Origin: Amphiscolops sp. MND2022
Taxonomy: Eukaryota
Length of the DNA stretch: 64,000 nt
Direction: 5' to 3'
NCBI GenBank assembly: GCA_964187785.1
Contig: OZ076413.1
Location: forward strand, 45,634,001-45,698,000
Shown here in pieces: positions 38,600-50,161 of this stretch. The number at the start of each line of letters is the position of its first letter. Within the stretch, counting starts at the first letter, position 1. Position numbers and translations under genes: made by a program. The notes below the pieces were generated by a model. It was not told the origin of the DNA and ran no database searches. It saw only the letters and a list, made by a program, of their open reading frames with translations.

Positions 38600-41500
38600 A
38601 TTGCCACGACTCCAAACACATGACTACAAGTCGGTTCGACAATATGTCATATCAGATCCTCCATCAGTTAAATTTTGCCAATCTATCAAAAGCACCAATG
38701 GTACTCCATCACTTGTCTGGCAGCAACCGATGGAAAAAGCCTATATCAAAACTTATAAAATAGAACATAACGATCGCCCAGATCCATACTACGAAATGGA
38801 CTATAGACTTTGAGACTCAATTTCGCGCTTTACAATTGATCGAAGATTATAACACTCGAGTGTTAAGTAATTGTAAGTTAGTTAATTATAAAGTTTCCTC
38901 ATCATATAATTTGTCATCCCAATACGGGTCCTTTCCGTACTCGGGGTCAAAGTATTGATCAATACATTGACCCCGAGTACGGAAAGGACCCGTATTGGGA
39001 TGACGAATTCTATGATGAGGAAACTTTACAATTCAGACTCGACAACTATTCTCCAACCGACGACGAGGACGTCCCTGAGATTAAAGACAACAAACAATCC
39101 TGGGCTCTCATTGAACTTTGGCAGCCAAACTCAGAATAAATAGCGAGAAACGAATAGAAGAATATCAAAAGCAAGAAGTGCACCAGGCTACAAACAGACT
39201 CTCAGACGAAAAAGCTTTTTTGCACGTTCTAGTCACTTAGGAAGTAAAACCAGCATATATTCCCTTCTCAACAAACCTTGGCCCAAAATTTAAACGACGG
39301 ACGCAGTACGTCCCAAATGCACTCTGGGGAATTGAACTTAGACGGCCTAATAGACACTGGGGCTCACTTCAGTGCAATACCAGAAGAAGACCACATGAAA
39401 ATACTCCTACTAGCGCCTCAAACCATTATCAATGAGGAACCTGCCCATCCGTTCTACTGATGGTTGCAATTGGAGACTTAGAATTCACAAAGAGTACTGT
39501 CGATTCAAAATACAAAGTAGTGGACATTGAGTTTCATGAAATTTTTTAAAGTAATGAAGAAATTATCCAGTCCCATAATTGAACTAATGTTCCTATAAAG
39601 GAACCACACAGTCCTGGACATGCGCCAAGGTATCCTCAAATTCCCCGATTTCTCTATGCAACTGAAAACGGCGTACCACAAGTACTCAAAAGTCATGGAA
39701 CCCATACTCAGTCCTGATGACGTGACCATTCCGCCGAATGACCACACAGTCATTACAATACAGTCTCAGTTATATGCAGAGAACGCAGTCACAGGAAAAC
39801 TACAGCCTAGTGACCTTTTGCATGAAAAAAGCGACGTAACATTTTGCGCTGCAATAGTCCCACTAAATGAAAAGACCATGGCGATGCACGTCAACATTTT
39901 CACTGTTCAACATTACGAACCCAAAAAAGGATTGTACATTGCAAAGTTTTCGGTGATGACTCCTAAGCAAATGAAACACGTCAGACCAATAGACCAAGTG
40001 TCTACCTGCAACGAGTAAACGAAAATGAATAGGACGCCATTTACTATATCAGCAGTCTTCAAGAAGTTCTTGAAACGAACCGAAACGTTGACCAATATGA
40101 ACAATAGTGGTTCCCGACACAAGGAAATCCAGGAGACGAGGAGTCTCATACGCCAATACAAAAACGGATACTCAGCGAATTGCGCAACTTGGCAAGAAGC
40201 GGAAGAATTAAACCCGAACGATGACAAAGACTACGAAGAATCTCGTCACAGGTTTCTTAGCAATTTTGACTGGAAAGACTCAATGCTACAACAGCATGAG
40301 ATCAAAAAAATTGAATCGCTTTTGGTAGAATTTCATAACATCTTTGAACGTCATAGATTTGAAAATGGAATGAACGAAGAATTTACTGTCGAACTGACAA
40401 AAAGGATGATCACTAGCATATAATCAAAGCTTGCCTACCCCGAATAATTTAAAGGAAGACATATTAGTTGTACTATCGTCACTCCAAAAATACGGCATCA
40501 TTACAACTCTGCCTTTTTCTAAACACGCGAGCCCTATTTTTGCGCAGAAAAAACCCAATGGGAAACTCAGACTACTGATCGACCTGAGGAAGATTAATAA
40601 CCTTATCCCAGATGATTATAATAATATTAACCACCGAGTCATCACCCTGATTGACGCCGCGTAACACATGGCCGGAAAGAATTTTTTTGTGAGCTCGACT
40701 GCTCGGAGTTCTACCATTGTCTTCAAATGGCCGACCAGAGGTCCATCAAAATGCTAGCCTTCAGTTTTGCAAGCTGGACATTCGCCTATAGAAGACTGCC
40801 TAAAGGACTCAGTAGAGCCTTATCGGCCTTTTCAGCTAATTGAGTGAGGGAACACCTCGACCGAGTCATGAAAGCAGATCAATGCGCCCAGTATGTCGAC
40901 GACATCGGCATTGCAGCCAATGATGCCGATCAACTCATCAAAAATTTGCGGGCGACTTTTGAATGCATCAGAGAAACTGGAACAAAACTCACGATGCACA
41001 AATGCCATTTCGGCGCAAGTGAACTTGATTTCTTGGGAAGAAATATCAGCCGAGAGGTTATCGGGCCCCAAAAAGAAAGAATAATCAATTTCTTGGTTGT
41101 TCCCAAAATCCAAGAAGACCTTCCAACGTTATCTTGGTTTTCTCAATTACTTAGAAATTTCTCAATTACTTAGAAATTACTCAATTACTTAAAAATTATT
41201 CAATTTATTAGAAATTATATTCCAAGATTATCAGAGAAACTGGTACCAATCTTCCAACTCCTTAAAAAGGATGAGGAAGTGTTAGTAATCACGGAACTGG
41301 TTCAACAATTTAACGAAAATAACAAGGACCTTAACAGGTGTAGCCAGGTTGCATTAAAGCAACCACTGCCAAACAAGCATCTAGTCTTAATGTCAGATGC
41401 AAGCTTCAAGATAGCCGGCTAAGCCATTCTGACCAAAGACGACCCAAATCAAAAGTATACTTCTGTCAAAAAGTCTTATGCGCCAATTGCCTATGGATCA

Positions 41501-43830
41501 AAACCTTTTACTCCAGCTCAACTTAAAACGTCAAATTATGCAAAGGAGTTTCTAGCTATATAATACGCCTTTAATGAATTTGGACATATCTTCTGGGGAA
41601 CATCTGAACCAGTAATTATCCTTACGGTTAAGAAACCAGTAACAAAGTTCTTCCAGACCAAGATAATACCACCGCCACTATGGAATGCGGCGAATATGTG
41701 ATTCAACTCAACTTTGTCATAGCTCACATTCCCGTCGGAAACAACACAGCGGCCGACTACCTGTCCCGAATGGAGATCGTTCCTAAAGAAAAATTGGTCT
41801 TGAAAATACGTGAAGATGTTGAAACAAGACCTTTTGAAGTTAAAGTCCAATCGGCCGGCGTGGCAGAAGAGTGGCACAAGTGTTCTTCACCGAAAAGGAC
41901 AATGAAACAGAAGAACAAATTTGGGAACGAAAAAAACTCCAAAACAGGACCCAAGGTCAACGAAGCCGTCATACAAATTGACGCCATATCTGAGAACAAC
42001 GTGGATGAAATTACTTATTTCACCCAGAATTCACGACGAACTAACCAAATACTGTTAAAACAGCCGAAAGACGCATTCCTGCTCCAGTTGAAGGGGAAAG
42101 TTCAGAAAAAAGAATACTCTGAAGAAACTCTCCAGCAAGACATTCGGTACAAACACTACATTACTTGAATAATTTAGACCGAATACTCCTCAACGACAAA
42201 AAAGTGACACGGCACTTTTACGATGAAACTTGACAAATCAAATATCATCATATATTACTGTCTAAGCATTTGTTGCAAGAACTGTTACACGCCTGACATG
42301 GCACGGCACACAAACACCCCGGCATATCTAAAATGGTACAGGAAATTCGCCAAAAATACTACTACCCCGGAATAGCAAAACATGTCAGAAGATGGGTAGA
42401 GGGCTGTGAAACTTGTGCCAAGGACAAACGAGTCCCTAACATTGCAATAACGTCTGAATTGTTATATTTGCCTGAATGGGACCTTTGCCTGAATATACCA
42501 TGCAAGTCGATTTGTTACGAAATATTTCTACCGGGGGTGGATACCAGACAGTGATGATAGCAGTTGATGTTTTTTTTTCAAGATACGTGTTCACCTATCA
42601 CAAACGTAATCAAAGTGTGAATTGATATCATTACAAAGCACTCATACTTTCCAACAACTGTCATCATGGACAGAGGGTCCGCAATTACGTCAACGATTGT
42701 AACGGAAAGTGCCCAAAATTTGGGGATAACATTTAAATGTGCTATTGCTAAACACCCGCAAACAATTGCCAAATTAGAAAGGACGCACGCCTCTCTCAAA
42801 ACAAATTTGAGAATAGCCTCAGGGGAATAGTGACTTCAATGGCTCAAGTATTTACCACTAGCGGTACTCAATTACAATACTACATATGATTCCAGTGTTG
42901 GATGTGAGCCTAGCAAAGTAATCCATGAACGCTTTCACTACAACGTTCTAGATCACAAATTAGGAATCAATCCCAATAAAAATTTTTGCCAACGACTGAA
43001 TTTGCGGAAGAGGTACAACAGAGGACGCAAATCCTCATTGATCAAACAAAGAATAACACTATGCAGTCGTGCCTAACGTACATGGACTACTATGACCGAT
43101 AAGCCAAAGCTGCTCCGCCTAAAGAAAAGGATTATCGTTTTATCCTAAAACCTAGAGCTGACAGCCAAGCGTCGAAAATTCCATTAAAGACTATCGGTTG
43201 ACTGGCCCCTTTGTCATTCAAAAATACTTGCAAAATGATATTTATATTGTGCGTCGAGTAAATACCAACAAAACGCAAAACTTACATCAAATTCAACTGG
43301 AAAACTTTGTTCCTATTACGCCCGTGAGGGACAATTATTTAGGTGAGAAAATACAGTCCGATGATGAGATTGTAATACCGCAAGACGATTAGTATACTAT
43401 TTCATGGGAAGTGAATTTTGATTACGAGCTGTTTGAGACGACTTGATTAGCTGCGAAAATTAACACGCCTACTGAACGACACCGATAGCGGCGAAGTGGA
43501 CTATTACGTCACCGAAGATGAACGCAGCAGCGCACACGAAGATGATTGCAGCAGCGATAGGATTGAAAATGATGTCACTGAAATTGAAATAAGGCTGAGA
43601 CCGGCCAGCAGCCGAGACGTGACGACTCTGTTGAATGAACCGTTCAGTGCGGCTAAAAATGAAAATGAATCAAATGATGAAGAAATCGTTCCAAAAGGGG
43701 GCGCAGATATTACCGTGCCCGGAATATCGAAAATGAACGTTCGGAAATGTTTTCGAGCCCTGGAAGAGGGAAACAAAATCTTCGACCTAACCCCACCCCC
43801 AACTTCACTGATGGCTACAGATACTGGCCA
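38600..43830 (+). pseudogene. Gypsy pol pseudogene (PR, RT, RNase H, integrase with GPY/F region)
   Basis: 'LIDTGA', 'SPIFAQKKPNGKLRLLIDLRKIN', 'YVDD' (~40892), 'LMSDAS', 'H..AHKHPGI...C..C', 'MDRGS', 'ERTH', 'GPF', acidic tail ending 'NLRPNPTPNF'. Confidence 0.95.
41142..41218. repeat. 19-bp tandem repeat x4 disrupting pol
   Basis: 'ctcaattacttagaaatt(t/a)' repeated at the GFLNYYRNY motif. Confidence 0.85.
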
Positions 43831-44059
43831 GAAAAAAACAAAAGTCCCATCTTGTATATTGAACTAGCATGCATTTTTCTCGTGGGACAATTCTGACTAT
43901 ATACAAGACAAAACTTCAACAAAAGGATATAATGAAATATTACAACAAACGCCAAAGAAAGACTACAAATATAATAAATACAAAGATGAAACAGTTCGAC
44001 AAGCAAAAGAAATTTACAATGAATAGAAATGGACAAATATACTTAATAAACACTTAAAC

Positions 44060-46645
44060 TTTAAAAACTCCAGTTTCCTCTGTGCCTTGCAAGCCTTCAA
44101 AGAACGTGGCGGCTCCAAAAAAGTGTCTTCTTATTTTTTACAGGGGAACGTTTAAATTGTTTACCACCACCGTTAGGGGAAGACGAACTGACTGACCGGG
44201 TAACTAGTGGCAGTGGACTGTCCAAGGTTTTGTACACCGAAGTTAGAACTTTGTGGAACTTTATTTTGCCAAAGTTGCCAACATGGGACCACGGGTCGCC
44301 GGAAACGTTTCCACTGCTGAACTTAGTCTCGAGATCACGATGAGTCGTCAGAGAAGCCTCCGTAGTCATATGGCCACGGAATTGGACACGTTAGCAAGAT
44401 AGGATTGAGCAGTCAATACAGGGGACTCCGAGTATCCCCACTGTCCGAGTATCCCCACTCCGAGTATCGCCACTCCGAGTATCCCCACTCCGAGTATCCC
44501 CACTCCAGGTATCTTGACTGCAGGTAAATCAGGTGCTCTCACGGTCAGACAAAACAACCTAATTGAAGATGTAAAAGAGATGCTTGCGCATTCGCATTTC
44601 CGGCATTTGAATCAACAAAATCAACTACGTCAGTGAAGGTCTCGGGCTGTCTTTCAAATTGGAGTATATTCTTTCGGAAGTGGTCCAGAACTTCTAGATA
44701 CTCATCGCGGACCTGCACGTCGGACACATTGGCCAGCAATCCTCGTAGATTGAATGAGTGATACAATGCAGAGAAACAAAAGGTAGCCTGGTCCACTGGT
44801 ACGACAAGCAACAGTACCGGCTCAAAGCTATTCAGTCCTTGGACTATGTCGCTATTGAAGCGGTTGTCCGCCAAGAAGGCCTCTAACAAAAAGACAAAGT
44901 AATTTCAAGCCTTCACGACGAACTCTTCCTTCGCTGCATCTACGAGGGTCACCATCTCGGTTGGGAAAGGCTTCCGCTCACTGTTGAGTTTCTGGAAATG
45001 CCTTCGGCAAGCAGCGTCAAGATCTACTTTCAGCTTTAGACGATGGAGGAAATCACGACGGGAAAGTTGACGTAAGTCTTGTCCTGGCAAGTCGCGCAAT
45101 GCCATCCAGTCCAACTCTGCAGGTACAAACTTCGGCAAAGAGACCGCGAACACAACTTGCGAACAAAGCGGTGCAACTCCCTGTAGGTGAAGAACCCTGC
45201 ATCTTTTCGCTGGGAGAGGTCGCCCTCGAAGCATTTGACATCTATGAAAGGAAAAAAAAACATGTGAACCAATAATTACATTGAAACCGATATGCCTAGG
45301 AAAGACCAAGTTTTCATTAAAAAGGACCAAAACTTAAGGCCAGAGAACAATGTGATGCCAGAAATGTACTTTAAAGAAGTGCTACAGGAAATGAAATCTA
45401 GTGAAGAGCCATACTAACAGTCACGGACAATTCGCCCAAAGAATTCCAGCTTGACAGCAAAAAATTCATCATTTATGATTGCCTATTCAAGGCTCTGTGG
45501 CTTAAACATGATAATGTAGGTGGTCAATATCGATTGGTTGTTTATTAGGATATATGCTGAATACGGACTCAAAGGATGAACGATATGTTACCTTATTTCT
45601 GACTCCTTGCATGAACTGTGATGGAGCAACCTTGGTGAGGTACTCAAGGACTCTCAATTAGTCAAGAGCTCGTAAGAGATGACAGGAATTGAATGGATCT
45701 CTAGATTGCAGGTCGAAATTGCCTATAGAAATTAACGATTGGACTACCAAGCCACACAGAACTATAACCTAAACAATGGGAAATACCAACCTTGCCTAGT
45801 TCATGTATGAGAGCGAACCAGACCTGATTATGGCACCCGTCCATGAAGGTGATTAAAAATAGCAACTGTGAAAAGAAACTGATGCCACCGAATACACTGT
45901 CCCAGCGCCGACGCATCAAAGTCGAGAGAGAAAGAGCATCAAATCTGAAGGGGTATTGGATCTCTTTATCAAAATGGGAGAATCTTTCCAGCAGAGGGAA
46001 AACCTCAGCGGGGCACCCAGACACACCGACAGTTTGTGACCGTGTTGGCAATACTGATAGGAGCCGGGAAATAGCAATAAGCAGTCCAGCTGTCAGCTCA
46101 AAGAGCAGCCGGTATCGAAAAAATTTCTCTATAGAGAGGTCGTCTCCTTTCCAAAAACGGATTAAGATGAAACAATGAGCTGTTTTAGACTCGAACTCCA
46201 GGGTATATATCCCCTCTCTAACGACATGGTGGGTACTGTCCGCGATCCGACAGAAGAAGATGTGATGGAAGATTGTCTTAAACAAAACATCAATCATGAA
46301 AGTTTGCAACACAAAAAAGTATTCCGAACAGAAAGTTGCAAGGAAATGTGAAGCAGGCTTAGTTTGTATGGTGGCCCCATTTGAAACGTGCGAACAGCGT
46401 CTGATGACTGGAAAAAGTTCCAACCTGGTTCCACAGGGTCTGAAGTAAACTAGTTGCACCTTACCTGGGCGCGAATGCGGGGACTAAAGAAATCTGGACG
46501 CATAGGCGGACTTCTTCGGGATATACAAAGGATCCATGGCCGGCCATGAGGTCATCTCATGAAAGGGATACTTATCTCCTATGTCCACAAGGTGGCACAA
46601 GAGCGGTCTTTCTCCAGCTCATTGGGGGTTAAGATCTGTCCATTA
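44060..46645 (-). pseudogene. Antisense cargo gene, spliced, hAT-transposase-like but apparently without catalytic residues; boundaries approximate
   Basis: ORF pieces 45701-46459, 44905-45241, 44545-44889 (last two in frame across one TGA); hAT-like patterns 'ELF..I..S......TK...FL....YF', 'ILIRFW...LTA', 'ELHRFVRKL', 'KA*NYFVFL...SDIVQGLNSFEP', 'DEYLE'; GT-AG introns 46440-46464 and 45242-45591. Confidence 0.55.
44428..44513. repeat. 15-bp tandem repeat (ccgagtatccccact) x5 plus a partial unit
   Basis: Read directly; encodes (VGILG)n on the minus strand. Confidence 0.92.
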
Positions 46646-46649
46646 TTCC

Positions 46650-48619
46650 CCCTGACTTGATGCTTGACCTGTCCGGTCACTCTGTCAACTCGGCGTAACA
46701 ACTCGAGCCGCCATCACTGATCTTTCCGCAAGTGTGACTCAGATCGGAAGTGTCGGCCAATTTCACGTGCCTCTTTTGACTGGATCGACACATTAGTCTT
46801 ATAAATCTGACAGCAGAATTTGTGTTTGTTATGCTCAAGATCCAATGGGCCAGTAACAAAAGTCCTTGTTCAAGTTCTTCCCTTGAAATATGTATATTTT
46901 TTTTATATATATTTTCATAACCTTTCCAGGTCTACCCGGCGATTTGCGCCTCTTGCCAGGGGGAGGACTTGAGATGATGGGACTGGCAGGCGTTCGTTGA
47001 CGCAGCTTTGCTAAAGGCTCACAGTCTGCGGCACTGATTCCTGGGATTGGCACAACATTGGTAGGCGGACTAGTAGGCTGGCAACGTGTATGACTGTCTT
47101 GCATGTGAGCAAAAATCGGCGGATGCGATCTAAGTTGCCGGGAGTCGGAAGTAGCAAAACAAGATCTGAGCTTAAAGCTCCACTGGTGTACCCCCCGGTG
47201 CTGTCCTCAATATAGCTTCCGTCCCTAGCTGAAATCTCCTGCGGAGGCAATAAGCCCTCTGGCGGCTTGGACTCGGAGGACCATCTCGAAAACGCGCTCC
47301 TATCCGCATGGTCTCTTCTAACAGGGTCTTCATCAGGTGAAAGGATGTTCTCACAGACTCATCAGAAACAACTCGAAGAACAGAGTGTACCTGATGTTCT
47401 TTGAACGCAAGAGTTGCATTGCCCATTGGGAGATGAATTGGAGAGCTTTCAGTGAAATGTTTCCTGATAAGTGTTCTCGAGGAAGCAGAAAGTGGACGTG
47501 AAGGACTTGGCGTATTTGGAGTGGTATTGAGAGGCAAACCTCCAGTTAACTCTGGCTCAGATGAATGGGTGGCCTCAGTACCAATCGTGGTCCCAAAGTC
47601 CATCGGAATTAGATTAGTGTAGGCTGATCTTTGGTAGGCTCGGCTCCAGAACTATCAAACAAGTCCTCAATGTCACTGTGTTGGTCTGAAAGTAGTCGAC
47701 CTTCCTTTGGTAGGAACTGACCTCACAAGTTACCTCAGTTTGATCCACTGCTTTGCTCAGCTCTTGAGTTTCCTGAGGTTGAGTGTTCAAGACTTTTTGA
47801 ATAGCATTGGAGTCAGACACTATCACAATATCACAATTGTATGGTCCGTCGTTAGTACACGACGCTTGCGGGGCCAGCAAAGGGACATCGAGATCCTCTC
47901 CTGCTTGGTCCAAGCTCATCAGCGTGCGTTCAATGAAAGCGGTAACGCTCTCTTCAGTGGATGGGCTTGGGGCAAAGATGTCAGTCTGAGGGACCGTAGT
48001 GCTCTGTAAACTTTTCAATTGGTCTCTCTTCTGTTTCTTCTTGGCTGTGAATCTGACTCTCAACCAATTGCTCATTAGACGACATGTCTAAATAGAAAGA
48101 AATAGACTCACGCGGGAACCTTCTTGAATATGAACCCCTTTACCGCGTTTGAAAATCTTCCAGAAGTAGAGATATTTGAATTTAGGTGAATATTTGTGTT
48201 AGTGGACAGAAAATACATGAACAAAACGAAAAGCTCTGATCAAACTCATTTTATTCCAAACGTGAAAACTTAACTCAACAGAGAATGAGCCTCGAAAAAG
48301 TCTAACCTGTAGGGGATTCAGTTGAAAAGAACAATGTCTGATGAGGTTGTACTGCCAATGAAAAGGACTTTGTCCGGAGCGTACTGATTCCTGAGGAATG
48401 TCGCTGCAAGTGGCGATTATTGCAATGAAAAGATACGGACGTATCACGAGTTTTTGGGACAAAAGATGAAGGGTAAAACGTGGAGAGTGGGCTGGTAGGT
48501 GAGGACTGGAGGATGTCGATAACCTGGAGGGGGGCAAGAAGGTTCACAGAATTGGAGCGTTTGGACGAAGTGTCCCGAAATGATGATATAAATGAAGAAA
48601 ACAATTGAAAACGACTCAA
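46650..48619 (-). pseudogene. Antisense cargo coding region, Ser/Pro/Thr-rich, with introns; function unknown
   Basis: Consecutive minus ORFs 47614-48075, 47172-47603, 47011-47250, 46835-47104; 24-nt GTGAGT...TTTAG intron (48088-48111) just before ATG 48085; AT-rich intron-like insert 46882-46921; basic NLS-like PPPGKRRK. Confidence 0.55.
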
Positions 48620-49134
48620 AGACTAGAAGACAAATTAAAGATTGAATACAAATGAAAATAGAAACTGCTGGCGATTAAATACTGGATAATACAAAAGAAC
48701 GAGTAATACAGTGAGAAATCGAATGTGAGGGAATTTGAATGGTGAATCAGGAATGTGACAAGATGTCGAAATTGTAGTTTGTGGCTATACAGTTAGGTCT
48801 CAAAATTACAATTATCTGAAAATTACGTCAAAATGTGGATAGAATCAGCCAGTGATATCTACATTGTTTTATTCGGGAAACTTTCTTTTTTACCAATCTT
48901 TCATTACTTCCATTACTACTTTTTTTCATTTCAAGGTCGCATTCTTTTGTTCTTTATATGGATTTTCAACCCTGGAGGCCTTTTTAAAAAGGGAAGGAAA
49001 TTTATTGCAACCTTTCGGCTATTCAGCATGAAGGAAACAGTGTTATCTTTAGTCATTTCCTCATCCACTCGAAATCTTCAAAGTGTAATGAGTGTTGATA
49101 TACATGGTCCTGCAGAACTACTTATCGTTAAGGA

Positions 49135-50150
49135 GTGTCAGAAGAATTAGCACGAGTCAACAAAGGCCCTGTCGGCACTTTCAAAGAGGACTTAGCAGCA
49201 GGTCAGAGAATGATCACGAGGAAAATTGTTATTGAAAGTGTTCTCGGAGAAAGGAATGCAAAAACCCGGGAAAATGTAGAACGCATTTGGGTGAATCTCC
49301 CGCAACTCGACGAGGGGAAAAACATTATTCCTCTAATTTCTTTCCCACTGATGAGCAGCCTTCCTTACGCTCAAAGTTCGAAAACCCGACATTTTACAAT
49401 CCAAGATTGCGAAAAAGATCATATCGGATAAATTTCTTGCTTTTCACTTTGAGATTGAATCTCCGGAGACCTGCCCAGAAGACTTCCAAGGCGCAACCCA
49501 TTCAGACGTAACCGTGATCTATATCTCAAGTGACGAATCCATGGAACGCCTTAACGAAGTGTCAGTAGACGACTTAGACGATCTGTCTGAAGATGAAGAT
49601 GTGGCCGTGCTGGCTCAGTTTATGGAGAGGTAGATGGAAATTCCAGCTACTACTGAGAACATACCAGTGTCCTTAAACAAAAACAAGTCAGCCCCAGAAC
49701 AGTGCTGGCCTCACAGGCAATCTTTCGTCCCTGGGCCGATGTTCGGCGCATCGATCTGGGATACATCGATCTCGGAATGGGGAGAGGCCCTGTCGCAAGG
49801 GACTCCCGCCTGAGAAATTACTATCCAATCAATATCTGTAGGCATTTGACCTCAATGGTTGATACGCCCATGTCGCCCCCACCAGTGGACAAGTACGCTC
49901 CTAACGAAATGCGGGCTACAACAAGCTACATGACTGCATCTAATTGCCATTAAAAGCAGAATGCGACCCACTTCAAGGGCCCCAATGCCAGTGAGAGCCC
50001 GTAAATCACTGGCTGTACTGACTCTCGTTTGTGGCAAATATTTGGAGCAGATTCAAGACCAGGCAGTCACCGATTATTTGCAGAAGACGGCAATATGAGG
50101 AGAGACAGCAGAAAAATTCAACGCAAGACGCCTCGTATTTCTCGAGAGAA
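49135..50150 (+). pseudogene. Sense-strand cargo ORF remnant before the 3' LTR; function unknown
   Basis: ORF pieces 49135-49431, an acidic stretch 'ISSDESMERLNEVSVDDLDDLSEDEDV', and 49702-49953. Confidence 0.45.
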
Positions 50151-50161
50151 TGAAAGTGGAA
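50144..50161 (+). promoter_or_regulatory. Polypurine tract
   Basis: 'gagagaatgaaagtggaa' directly before the TG of the 3' LTR. Confidence 0.65.

Noticed and set aside
37380..43776. Minus-strand ORFs overlapping Gypsy gag/pol (and plus-strand ORFs over the Pao pol)
   Set aside because: Shadow frames of the real coding strand with no independent motifs
44428..44513. CRISPR-like array (also 41142-41218)
   Set aside because: Repeats are head-to-tail with no unique spacers; no cas genes; eukaryotic context
44883..44916. Apparent short intron ending ttgtctttttgttag (minus)
   Set aside because: The flanking ORFs are already in frame across a single TGA (likely CGA>TGA), and the read-through peptide fits the hAT-like pattern
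44060..50150. env gene in the 3' extra region
   Set aside because: Most coding is antisense; no signal peptide, furin-plus-fusion-peptide or C-terminal TM pattern seen
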